A stretch of 62,991 nucleotides of DNA, counting the filler, from Collodictyon triciliatum (taxonomy: Eukaryota), in the NCBI GenBank assembly GCA_043381765.1. It is 17 parts of 17 records of this genome, joined end to end, with 100 filler letters (N's around TTAATTAATTAA, not from the genome) between each part and the next. Parts side by side here need not be neighbours in the genome. Positions count along the whole stretch, not along the records: positions 50,295 to 54,084 come from JBHJMP010006875.1; positions 54,185 to 57,974 come from JBHJMP010006876.1; positions 58,075 to 61,863 come from JBHJMP010006877.1; positions 61,964 to 62,991 come from JBHJMP010006994.1; 13 more parts are not named here. One strand, given 5' to 3'. The notes below the pieces were generated by a model. That model saw nothing but the letters and a program-made list of their open reading frames with translations. It made no database searches and had not been told where the DNA came from. Position 1 is the stretch's first letter, and every line of letters begins with the position of its first letter. The translations under genes were made by a program, and so were the position numbers. Of this stretch, positions 51,844-62,991 are shown piece by piece.

Positions 51844-53799
51844 CATCATCATCATATCTAAAAGGCATCAAATTCTTAACATACACTGGGAATATGATCC
51901 CACCAAGACATTTATATAACTTCTTTATACATAGACCACCAGATGCCAGAATTACCCCTGTGAACAAAAGAGTCGCCCTTATTCAAAATATTGCTCAGAC
52001 AACTGTGGTATTCGAAAGATGAGAAAGGTTCTGCTTATGTGCATTGAAACCAAGTCTCTCAGAAGAGCTGTAGATTATGTTATCAAGAGCGAAAGAGACT
52101 ATGTACCCGCAAAATCGTTTGATTTTAATCATCCTGATGTCAGCCTTCCGTTTGAAAAAGAGTTGACTGAGTACTTGACCACAGATGAATTAGAGCAGGT
52201 GGATTTAATTTTATCAGATAAAACCCCCATCGATAGATATTAGTAGTAAATATGTAATATAATTACCCGTCTTAAGTTTCTTTTTTAACTAATCGATCTA
52301 TCTCGTTGATGATAATTCACAATTCATATTTATTAATTCTTTTCCATCGGGCAATTGCATTCCATTCCTCTTATCCTCCTGATACACCACAGCTAGAGAG
52401 CTATGAGGGTATTATCCGAGAGTCCAACGTCAAGATGATTAATTTCCAGGAGATGAAATATCAATTGGAAAACTATATATCGTCTTTGGAGCTGACGAAG
52501 GCAGTCTCATCAGAGGTGCTCCTTTCATATGGGCATTTTGAATCCCCATGTACCTCTCAAATGAATACCATATACAAACTTTTGAATTGAATGGACATTC
52601 CCGTTTTTTAAACAGGAGCAAGAGCGTGGCAATCACCAAGAGGTCAGTAGGAGAAGAAAAGCAGGAAATGAAGAAGTTGAGTGTGTTTCTTGTAACCGTT
52701 CGGTTCCTATTGCAGATTACCAGCGACATGTAGAGAAATGCATCGTGTCGGTATGATTCCTTTCACTTTTGGCGCATTTTTTCAATTCTTCCCTTTTCCT
52801 TTTTACCTTTATTTCTATTATTATTTCTATTTTAATATGCTATTTTATGTGCAACCAAAAAGTAAACAAACAAACAAACAAACAAACAAACAAACAAACA
52901 AACAAACAAACAAACAAACAAACAAAGAACTCAGTACTATCACACCACCAAGTAAAAGCTAAAAATCTTGTGACAATAAATACCAAGGTCGCAATAAAGA
53001 GTGAAATTTATGGCAACTTTCCATCAAAAGCTTACAACGGTGACAAGTATGGTCCCTTTTGTGATACCTTTGATGCAAAAAGTCGTAAATTCTGCAAGAA
53101 ACTTGAAGCTGTCTGTCCCAATCATGCTGGACTTGACTCTAACGTAATCTCACTTTTGGATACACATATACCCTTATATCATCTTGATTTGTGTTTATTT
53201 TAAAATAAAATAAAACTAAAAAGTAGATTGAAGAATATGATTTTTAAAAGATGAGCATATCTCTATTTGTTCAAATGCACATGTATAATACGAAAGATTA
53301 AAAGAGAAAATAAACAGCGCCCTAGTGATGAACCTTGCGGATACAGAACAGATATCAACAACCCAGAGTCAGCATGTTTGAAATCGAAGAAAGACTGTAA
53401 CCTACATGTTGGTTGGGAGCGTTTGAAAAGAGCTGAAATTGTATTGGAGTTATCGGCGCAGGTTTTTAATATCAAATTTTAGTTATATTCAAACTCGTAT
53501 TGTATTTTTTTTGTCAGATATAATTTGTCTCTGTCTCTTTCCTTTCTTTTTTTTTTTTTGTCCCTTTTGTTGTCCCATTTATGTCCTTTATTTTTTTATT
53601 TTTTATTTTATTTATTTATTTATTGGTTGGCTGTTTGGCTACTTTCAAGAGAGACAGAAAAAAACATGCAGTAACTTTCATTTGTTAGAGAGACCTGATT
53701 CTGTCCAACGAAATTGAAATCAAGATACTGAAAGGTAAGGCAAAAAGAAGGCAAGCGAGTTTGAGGTCACAGGAGAACGTTGTGATTGAAGTTGATTAG
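50608..53799 (+). CDS. COMPASS subunit CFP1/CXXC1/Spp1-like PHD-finger protein, multi-exon
   Basis: PHD finger [27 protein letters not shown]...YYCPFC. The C-terminal Cys/His region is CVSC...RHVEKC, FCDTFDAKSRKFCKKLEAVCPNH, CGY...CLKSKKDCNLHVGWERLKRAEI. Confidence 0.85.
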
Positions 53800-54184
53800 A
53801 TCGTGCAAAGTGCTCTTTGCGCAATAGTGTGGCATGACTCACAAATAAAGAAAAATGCATCCTTCGGATCAAATTGAATGTGACATTCTGCTTGGAGGGC
53901 ATAATGCAACTGATACTATTTCATGCTTTCTCTTTTCTTGGTATCTCTTTTCCTATGTTCGATTCGATTCGATTCGATTCAAAATGCAGCGAGGTTATGC
54001 CATACAAAGGGGCGGGATGGGAGCGCATGGGAGAGAGCAAACGCGAGTAGGAGAAGACACTACCGTGGAGAGGCTAGCACCGGANNNNNNNNNNNNNNNN
54101 NNNNNNNNNNNNNNNNNNNNNNNNNNNNTTAATTAATTAANNNNNNNNNNNNNNNNNNNNNNNNNNNNNNNNNNNNNNNNNNNN

Positions 54185-54360
54185 ATCATCCCATCATCCC
54201 ATCATCCCATCATCCCATCATCCCATCATCCCATCATCCCATCATCCCATCATCCCATCATCCCATCATCCCATCATCCCATCATCCCATCATCCCATCA
54301 TCCCATCATCCCATCATCCCATCATCCCATCATCCCATCATCCCACCAACCCATCATCCC
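54185..54360. repeat. (ATCATCCC)n octamer repeat, in a PCNA intron
   Basis: About 20 near-perfect units ending just before the TAG acceptor at 54369. Confidence 0.95.
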
Positions 54361-54369
54361 ACTGTTTAG

Positions 54370-54851
<482 letters not shown>

Positions 54852-55453
54852 GCCCCTTCGCCTACCCTCAACAGCAGCCAATCCAAATGCAGCAGCAATC
54901 GATACCAACACAAAGCCCATAACTTTGACACTTACTCCCCACTCTCTCCCTCCCCGCTCTATGTTCCTATATGTACATGCGTGAATCTGTCACGTCACCA
55001 TCGCTTCGAGTTCACTCCGCTTTGCCTTGCCGCATTCCAACCAAATCCTGACCAAAACCACAAGTTTTGGAGCGAACGCCTCCGCACCACACTGCATCAA
55101 CGAAGCCATAATCTATTTCTTGCCTTTGCATCCTGCTCTCACCTCTCTATCATCGCATTTGTCGCTTCCGCCGCAATGGGCGCAGCATCAAACCACTGCC
55201 TTCTCACAGAGACCTCCTCTCTCTTCCCCTCTCCTCTACGCGCACACATCCACCACCCTGACCATAAAACCTGCCTTAGCCCTTTCCGTTAACCGCCGGT
55301 CTGCATGAACAAATCAGTCCAGCCATTTGCACATACACGGCGAATCCAATCACGCCTCCTTTTATTAAATCAAGCAGTCTAGAACACACCACCACCCGTC
55401 TGTCCTTCCTTCCTGCCCTTATTAATCAAAACACACAAACCAAACAACCAGAG

Positions 55454-57223
55454 ATGCAGACTCTGCCTCGATCAATTGCCGAAGCCCAGGGCCTTGTCTC
55501 CAGTCTGCTCCATCCTAATCGACGCGGGCAGCTTCTTGTGTCTTTGGGGCTTTTGTTTCTGCTGGCTACTTATATGAATCTCCAGTCGGGAGTTTCCAGC
55601 GGGTCCCAAAGTGGCGCAGGCGACTCATTCGATCAGAGTCTAGGCAAAGCGCCGCGTGCAGAGGATGATCCCAACTACCGCCGGGTGCAATTCTTTGAGC
55701 TGCTCAAGGCTGCCGAGAAGGAAGCGATTCAGCAGCATTTTAGGGAGCGTGTGCAGAGTCTCTATGAGCCACCGGTCTCGTGCGTGTTCAACTGCTCGAC
55801 CATCCCAAAGTTTTCCTTCCGCCTAAGCAAAGGCATCCAATGCCAGCCAAGGACCCTGTGCACTTTCACGGCTTTGCGCTCGTTCCACTATAATCCAGAC
55901 GAGTATATTCGCTTCCACAAGCGCTCCAAAGTGGCCTGCCGAGAAGGTGGGACGCTCGCAATATGCAACTTCCCCCGCAAGAACGACTGTGATGAGCATG
56001 GCTGGCGCGAGTGGATTCTGCGCTACCGTCAGAACGACCAAGCAAACTATACCACGCGCTTCTTTACTGCCCAGTATCTCCCTGGGCGTCCCTTCATGAT
56101 CAATAACATCTTTGAGACCAACGAGTATCCATCCCATTGGAAGGTGGTTTCGTTCTTTCAGCCCGCGGGGCTCAGTCCGAACCGCTGCAATCAGATGTAC
56201 TGCTTCTATGAATATGCAGACGGCCTGATCGAAAGACACGAAGCCAAGCCTGGGGACATGTCCTTTGTTTACTGTCCAAAGCCTCGAAGGACTCTCGAGG
56301 ACATATCACACAGTATTCAGTCCAACCGCTCCCGTGCCCTAATGAGGCTCTCGTACGACCATAAGGTATTCAGTCATCCTTTTGGAGTCACAGTCGACCG
56401 TACGATGGAAAAGCACCTACCCAAAGTGTTTTTGAGTCTCTGTACGATTGTAAAGAGAGAGGGAAAGAACCTCAAGGAGTGGATTGCGTTCCACTTTATG
56501 ATGGGATATGACAGAATCATTCTGTATGATAACAACGAGCCTGGTGATGTTGACCAAGAGATGGAAAAATACATTCGTGCACATCCCAATCGAATCATTC
56601 GTTATCGCTGGCCATTTCTCCATGCTCAGACTGAGCAAAGCACTGACTGTGTTCTTCGATTTGGCTCCACAACCACATGGATGACCTTTATCGACGTAGA
56701 CGAATTTCTTGTCCCGAGCCCGCCTCATGAAAATATCCGCTCCCTCCTCACAACAAAGTACAAAAACGACATCATTCTACAGGCGACTTGGATAGTCTTT
56801 GGGCCGTGTGGGACAGAAAAGAGAGGGGAAGGGACACTGACCATGGAGCGGTGTAAAAATGTTTATCCTTATCCGTTTCCCCTTCACAAAACTACGTTTC
56901 AGCCGGCCTATATTGCTGGAATGCAGGCTATTGGACCTCATTTCCCGAGACTAAAGACCGATATCGGTACGCGCCTGAGAAGTTTGTATCGACTTGTGAA
57001 TGAAGACATGCGAACATATCATTACAGATTCCGCACGCTGCCAGAGTTTATCGAACGTCGAATGGGCTCCGCAGCTGACCGAATAATAGTCCAGGATTTG
57101 GATTCTCTGATGAAAGATTGGAAAAATGGGGTGCGGTTGAGCCACAACTTCTCAGATTCTGAAAATCACATGCTTCGTTTCATTCCAAAACTCAAGCGCG
57201 AAATGGACAAATACCATGTTTGA
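55454..57223 (+). CDS. Type II membrane glycosyltransferase, GT92/GT-A fold, intronless
   Basis: N-terminal TM anchor; LSLCTIVKREGKNLKEWIAFHFMMGYDRIILYDNN, DCVLRF, WMTFIDVDEFL (DxD) and YHYR. Confidence 0.88.
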   Translation: MQTLPRSIAEAQGLVSSLLHPNRRGQLLVSLGLLFLLATYMNLQSGVSSGSQSGAGDSFDQSLGKAPRAEDDPNYRRVQFFELLKAAEKEAIQQHFRERVQSLYEPPVSCVFNCSTIPKFSFRLSKGIQCQPRTLCTFTALRSFHYNPDEYIRFHKRSKVACREGGTLAICNFPRKNDCDEHGWREWILRYRQNDQANYTTRFFTAQYLPGRPFMINNIFETNEYPSHWKVVSFFQPAGLSPNRCNQMYCFYEYADGLIERHEAKPGDMSFVYCPKPRRTLEDISHSIQSNRSRALMRLSYDHKVFSHPFGVTVDRTMEKHLPKVFLSLCTIVKREGKNLKEWIAFHFMMGYDRIILYDNNEPGDVDQEMEKYIRAHPNRIIRYRWPFLHAQTEQSTDCVLRFGSTTTWMTFIDVDEFLVPSPPHENIRSLLTTKYKNDIILQATWIVFGPCGTEKRGEGTLTMERCKNVYPYPFPLHKTTFQPAYIAGMQAIGPHFPRLKTDIGTRLRSLYRLVNEDMRTYHYRFRTLPEFIERRMGSAADRIIVQDLDSLMKDWKNGVRLSHNFSDSENHMLRFIPKLKREMDKYHV

Positions 57224-57714
57224 TACGCTACCCTCCCTTTCCCTTTCCCTTATCTGTTCTCAAACTCTCTTGATATCATATTCGGACAGTAGTTATGCCA
57301 TATGAGTTTTACATTTTATCTCGCTCTTGAAGCTTTCTTCTCTATCACTATTACCCCCTCACCCCACCTTAATGATTTGTGGAATGAAATCTAGCTGGTA
57401 GGGGTCGCTACGTTTTGCTTTCAACAGCTCGCTTTCCCCTCTTTTTCTATCTCTCTCTTTCTCTCCCCTCATTTACAATATCTGTGGTGGGCCATGAAAT
57501 GCTGTCATGCCTGCTTCTGTTGTCTCGCATCTATTCTGCCCTTTCCTCTTCACCTATTGCACAAACAACATGCTCTTCTGCAATGACGCTTTGTGATTTG
57601 ATGTGATTTTTGATTTGATGCGGTATGATTGGTGAATCATTTCGCTACAAAGATTGCCCTTTCTCGCTTATCCATCAAGTCACCAGCTTTGCTCGTTCAC
57701 TCCCGCGATAAAAC

Positions 57715-57974
57715 AAACAAAGAAAAGGCAAACAAAAAGGAAAAAAAAAGAAAGGAAACGAAAGGAAACGAAAGGAAACGAAAGGAAACGAAAGGAAACG
57801 AAAGGAAAAGAAAGGAAAAAAGAAAACAAAAGGAAATAAGAAGGAAACAAGAAGGAAACAAGAAGGAAACAAGAAGGAAACAAGAAGGAAACAAGAAGGA
57901 AACAAGAAGGAAACAAGAAGGAAACAAGAAGGAAACAGAAAGGAATCAAAAAGGAAACAAAAAATAGGAAAAGA
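57715..57974. repeat. Compound (GAAAGGAAAC)n/(GAAGGAAACAA)n minisatellite
   Basis: Tandem 10- and 11-mers at the contig end. Confidence 0.9.
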
Positions 57975-58074
57975 NNNNNNNNNNNNNNNNNNNNNNNNNN
58001 NNNNNNNNNNNNNNNNNNTTAATTAATTAANNNNNNNNNNNNNNNNNNNNNNNNNNNNNNNNNNNNNNNNNNNN

Positions 58075-59200
58075 AGACAAGGTTTACATCCTATTTCATT
58101 CCACTGGATTAGTCTTTTGAGGGGACAAAGGGTCACTTTCCTTGCGTTTCTTGCTGGGCGACTCAGACAAAAAGCGATACATCGTTGTTTGTCTGGAATT
58201 ATAGGAAGTGGCGCTTGACCGTCCCCTGGTTTCGGAACCATGCGTAGCCGGCAGTGGACTTTGCTTAACGGGAGTATGGATATGCGTTTGTGGTTTTAGA
58301 AACATACGCTCCTGCTTGCTCGGACTGTCTTTGGTGAGTGAAGTTCCCAGCTTGCATTCGACTTGTGCTGTTTGCTCTTGCTTCCTTGGTTCTCAGTGCG
58401 ACGGGCTGGAGCAGAATAAACGGACTATATTGTGTGGGCGCTGGTTCTTGTGTTGCCTTCGCTTTGGGGTATCCATTCGGATAAGTAACGAAGACTGCCT
58501 TGAGGCCTCCTATGTTAACCATATTCACGTCAGTCTGAATGGTTAGTTTAAGGGGGAGATTTATTTCGGGGTTTGGAGATGCGCTGCTCTTGGGTCTTGC
58601 GATGTGCGGGCTTGTCCGATGTTGGTGGTGGAGGGCTCGAGTGCGAGGATTCTGAAGAGGAACCGTGATTTCTTTCCATGTCATCGTCGCTGTTGCTGTA
58701 TGCGCGTATCTGCTCTGAGTCTTGCGGGCTCAGTTGTTGCCTGGCCTTGGCTTCCTTGACCCCGTTGCTGCTTGTCTGCTTGGTAAGTGTATTCTTTTGC
58801 GGGGCTTTTACTTGTCATTCGTTGTTCGCGGCTGGCGAATGCTCTTTAAGGATGCGCTTTGAACACTTTTTTCCCATGACTGTAAACTTTGCAGGGAGCT
58901 GTTTCTTGTTGTAAACGACTTGCTCGACCCCGTGCAAGAATACTGTACGCTCAGATAGACTTGCTGACGACTTCCTTGTATGGGTCTTCCTGGGCTTGCG
59001 TGTAACTCGAGATTCTCTGCACTAGTGTTTGAACCAGAAGAACTGGCTGTATCTTACAAAGATTTTCTTATGACAGATTGCATCCTGCATCAATCTCTTC
59101 GTCTCGGCTTGTGCTTTGCACCAGATGCGAGCAGCTTGGTTGAGAATCAGGCGCGTGCATTACAGGCACCTTTTTAGCTTTGTTCTCTTACTTGTGGTTT
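58075..59200 (-). pseudogene. Fragmented coding-like sequence, possibly a decayed retroelement ORF1
   Basis: GC-balanced, intronless, coding-like fragments broken by stops and frameshifts (TVFLHGVEQVVYNKKQLPAKFTVMGKKC; WKEITVP; SPSKKRKESDPLSP). No diagnostic motif. Confidence 0.3.
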
Positions 59201-59971
59201 CCTTCACCAACACATACTATTCACCATGCGCAATTTACCTTCTCGTGTATGCCTTAACCAGTTTGAACTATGAATTGAATAACGGAGAAAATATAGCATA
59301 AGAATGACATAACTGTGAATTTTCTTTTTGTTCTGATCAACGAATTCCAAATTAACTTTGAATGTCATAATTAAGAGGATTATGTAAAACACCCATTCCT
59401 TTCTCGGGAAATTGCAAAGGAAAAAGATTGGGCTCCAAAATAGAATCCATATTTTTATGACTCTTTTGAGCCATTAAGTGATAAACTTTAGAATTAATTT
59501 TTCCCTGTACATAAGGAGTTTGTGGTTTTTTACACATTTTCATAAAATGTATCAATCCTGCACAAATAAGAGGAAAGGATGACATGCTTTGATCATCACC
59601 CATCTGTCTGGTCTCGACCCTCTCTGGTGCAAAGTGTTGAGCCCTGAATCCAGCCTCCTACCTCGTGGCCCTGCATCCTTAACTGACACGCTTCACTGCT
59701 TTCAACCAAGGCGTAAAAATAGTTGCGTCGCGCTATATAAAAATCTAAAAACCTTTCCTTCCCTTGAATCGAATAAAGGGAAAAATCATATATCAATCCC
59801 GTGATTTCAAGACACAAAAACAAGACTAAGAGGATGCTTATCTGTATTTCCCCATCGAGAAATAATTTTTATCTATATAGATTACTTTGCTTCATTTTAT
59901 TTTGATTTTGAACGCTTATTATAGACGATGTTTTTGGAGTGAGAAGGATAATAAGGCAGTTCAAGAGTCAT

Positions 59972-61558
59972 TCAGGAGAAAATAAGTATCCACCACATTA
60001 TCAGAAGGAAACATAAGCTTGACAAAGAAAATAGTAAAATTCTGTTCATCGGTCTCCATTTTTGGAATCCATTCTCACTGATATGACCTTTGTGTATTTC
60101 AATCGAAAGTATTGTGATGTCTGAAAAAATCTCAAATATTAGTTGTATCATGATTTGGTAAAAGCATTCCAAGAACGATTCAATAACTTGAAACTTCGGT
60201 TCTTCTACCAATGGATGCACAAAATACATGAGCAAGGGTGCAAATACGATTGAATAGAACTCGGATATGATGCCATCATAGATGTATTTCACTTTGAATG
60301 CAACCGATTGTTTCACATAACTTACTTCTTTCTCTGGTAGTCTCAATTGATTTTCCAATGATGGCCCATTCGGTTCTTGACATTTCTGCGCTTCATCTCC
60401 AGGAACGATGGGTGCAAGTTTTCTTGATTTTAATCGACAGGGTATGTTTGAGTAAATAGTGGACACTATATTTTGGAGGCGAAACGCATATTTCATTCTT
60501 TGCTCGAAAAATACTGTCGACAGTATCTCAATCACAGAGGCTGCAAAGTTGACCAAGATGAATTCAATGGAAAGTGCACCGCCTGCGGATATATTTGAAA
60601 TTAAAACTCTTCCGGCCAATTGAATGTAGTGATTGCTCATCTTATTCACAGTTAGTCTTTTATCCATGTGCTCTTTTGACAAACCATAAATCAGCTTTAT
60701 CTGAACCCAATTAGAAAAGCTGAAGCACGCAGGAAATACAATGAAGCGAAATATGAGCTGAATGGTGAATGGTGAATCTAAATATGTGATCAATGTATTT
60801 AGAAGAACAACTCCTACCACAATACAGAATATAGCTACTCCTTTCAGTAAAGCAGAAACTGAGCCGTCTTTTGTTGCAGCGTAATATTTCTCTTCCTCAT
60901 CGCTCAATTTCTCAGGTTTTTTAGAAATATGAACTATGAATGATCCAGCTGCAACCCAGAAGAATCCATTCATCCAATAAATGTTGCTAAATGTTGTGTT
61001 TGATGGTAGCAAATAATTAAAGCTATTATCTAATACATATCCAGGTATAAGGGCATAAAAAACTGCATTCCTTGTGAACTGGAAGCTGAAAATCTCAATA
61101 GAGGCAAGGCCGAAGGATAACCAAACTGTGAATGTACTTAGCACACTTCTTATTTTATAATAAAAAATGTCCTCCACAACTCCGAGTAAACTTGGAGGGA
61201 GGATAATGGTCGGAACAAAGTAAATCCACAGAGATAAAAGGTTCACTGAAAAGACTGGTAATATACTTAACACATATTTGAACCATAATATGAGCGCCAG
61301 CCTAACCGAGCTAATCCATGATATTTGCCTAGCTTCACTTGCATGTATTTGGTGTTCGATGTTTGCAACTGAATTTCCTTCACCATTCATATTTTCATTA
61401 TTGCTTTCGAGGTCACCACCATTGTGAGGACTCTCTGGTTTTTGACTGCAGTTCGATTTTGAGTATTTTTGTCTTTTTTGCTCAGCATTTTTGCAAGCTT
61501 TTAGTTGTCCCAGTTTGATCTGATCGCCTGAATTTTCTTTGATGTCCTCAACTTCCAT
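59972..61558 (-). CDS. Uncharacterised multipass membrane protein (528 aa, intronless)
   Basis: Complete ATG-to-stop ORF with a polar N-terminus and roughly 10 hydrophobic segments. Confidence 0.82.
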   Translation of the reverse strand: MEVEDIKENSGDQIKLGQLKACKNAEQKRQKYSKSNCSQKPESPHNGGDLESNNENMNGEGNSVANIEHQIHASEARQISWISSVRLALILWFKYVLSILPVFSVNLLSLWIYFVPTIILPPSLLGVVEDIFYYKIRSVLSTFTVWLSFGLASIEIFSFQFTRNAVFYALIPGYVLDNSFNYLLPSNTTFSNIYWMNGFFWVAAGSFIVHISKKPEKLSDEEEKYYAATKDGSVSALLKGVAIFCIVVGVVLLNTLITYLDSPFTIQLIFRFIVFPACFSFSNWVQIKLIYGLSKEHMDKRLTVNKMSNHYIQLAGRVLISNISAGGALSIEFILVNFAASVIEILSTVFFEQRMKYAFRLQNIVSTIYSNIPCRLKSRKLAPIVPGDEAQKCQEPNGPSLENQLRLPEKEVSYVKQSVAFKVKYIYDGIISEFYSIVFAPLLMYFVHPLVEEPKFQVIESFLECFYQIMIQLIFEIFSDITILSIEIHKGHISENGFQKWRPMNRILLFSLSSLCFLLIMWWILIFS

Positions 61559-61669
61559 TCTTTGGGTCTGTCTTTTTTATTCCTTTTCAAAGGACCAGTA
61601 TATAAGATCGCTTAGTTTTTCTTCTTTTATTAGATCATGTTGTTTGTTATGCTATAATGGTTTTCATAA

Positions 61670-61863
61670 TTTTTATGGTTTTTTATGGTTTTTTATGGTT
61701 TTTAAGGTTTTTTATGGTTTTTTATGGTTTTTTATGGTTTTTTATGGTTTTTTATGGTTTTTAAGGTTTTTTATGGTTTTTTATGGTTTTTTATGGTTTT
61801 TTATGGTTTTTTATGGTTTTTTATGGTTTTTTATGGTTTTTTATGGTTTTTTATGGTTTTTTA
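61670..61863. repeat. (TTTTTTATGG)n decamer repeat
   Basis: Tandem repeat at the contig end. Confidence 0.9.
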
Positions 61864-61963
61864 NNNNNNNNNNNNNNNNNNNNNNNNNNNNNNNNNNNNN
61901 NNNNNNNTTAATTAATTAANNNNNNNNNNNNNNNNNNNNNNNNNNNNNNNNNNNNNNNNNNNN

Positions 61964-62100
61964 TTCCCTCTTTCCCTCTTTCCCTCTTTCCCTCTTTCCC
62001 TCTTTCCCTCTTTCCCTCTTTCCCTCTTTCCCTCTTTCCCTCTTTCCCTCTTTCCCTCTTTCCCTCTTTCCCTCTTTCCCTCTTTCCCTCCCTCTATCTC
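61964..62100. repeat. (TTTCCCTC)n octamer repeat
   Basis: Tandem repeat at the contig start. Confidence 0.92.
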
Positions 62101-62991
62101 TCCCTTTTAGTCAGCTTTCGAGTAGCGAGCAAAGGGAGTCAGAGCGTTGGTGAAGTGGCAAGAGAGCGCAGAGAAAGAACGGGCCCATGTCGACAACGGG
62201 GCGGGATTGAATCTTTGCCCAAGCCGATGCGATAAGGTTGTGCCCAATCGCACCAGAAAATTGGCCCTGGGCCAGGAAGACTTACGAATAGGTTCTAGAA
62301 AGAAATCAAAGCAAAATACATTTCAAAATGAGGCCGTTTAAGAATCCTTCGATTCTTTTCTTTGGCGCCACAGCCAAGTGAGTCCAAAAAAAATGTGTGT
62401 TCACAATTTTATACATATGTAGACAAATAAACAAGTTGTTATGTTAATAAATCTTTTTATAGTATAAGATCTGAATTTTCGATGAAATCGAAGTGCTCCG
62501 TGGTGCAAAAAAATGCAAATTTGGTAAAAAATTTGTATCAACGCGAGAAATTCGGGTTTCGGAGAGAGATGTATTATTCATAGAAATATTCTAATTGTGG
62601 GTATTATTTACGATTATATGTGGAATATATGTATTTAATCAATTTATTGGCTATAGTGTATAGATGAAAATCTCCATTGGTATGCAAATATTAGCAGTTC
62701 CAAATATTTACTAGCTTTTGGTGAAACATCCAATAAACTTGTCCACGAATTTACCCGAATCACACAGCGGGGCTCATTTGCAACACTGTGTGATGTCTCT
62801 GACTCCTGGGCGGTTTTTTTCTTCACATTTTACTTCTCATCTTCCTCAGCTCGAGCTGAATTAGATATTGCCCTGTCCTTGAGTGATCATTGTCTAAATT
62901 TAAATTTGGTTATAAAGTTCTTGTCTTTATTTGTCCCCCCCCCCCCCCCCCCCCCCCCCCCCACCCCTCTTCACCATCATCCACACACCAT

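Noticed and set aside
54185-54360. (ATCATCCC)n as a telomeric repeat
   Set aside because: It lies directly upstream of an internal PCNA exon, so it is intronic.
62110-62880. Possible exons in the last contig
   Set aside because: Only short ORFs with no recognisable motif and no consistent splice model.

Overview
This window is not one continuous locus. It is a concatenation of 17 short, unrelated eukaryotic contigs, nearly all 3789-3798 bp and roughly in descending length order, joined by an artificial 100-bp spacer (44 N + TTAATTAATTAA + 44 N). Gene neighbourhoods across spacers therefore mean nothing. The DNA is intron-rich and microsatellite-rich and translates in the standard code. The organism looks like a flagellum-capable protist with an amoebozoan-like gene set (inference). 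Recognisable genes, mostly partial: GPN3, a DEAH/RHA helicase, a large intronless coiled-coil protein, an M14 carboxypeptidase, a GH30 glycoside hydrolase, DDX11/Chl1, a CudA/STAT-like + IPT/TIG factor, a TRAFD1-like zinc-finger protein, a senataxin-like helicase, ODA-DC2 (CCDC63/114-like), a divergent PPP-family phosphoesterase, a hormone-sensitive lipase, a ROCO (Roc-COR-kinase) protein, an LMBR1-family protein, an MPPED-like phosphoesterase, a bacterial-type receiver + PEP-synthase-like protein, CFP1/Spp1, PCNA, a GT92-like glycosyltransferase and a multipass membrane protein, plus decayed non-LTR retrotransposon sequence. The best leads are the intron-containing bacterial-type PEP-synthase-like gene, the bacterial-looking phosphoesterase, and the contig-filling coiled-coil ORF with HeH/LEM-like motifs. 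All calls come from manual translation and motif recall, and exon boundaries are approximate.
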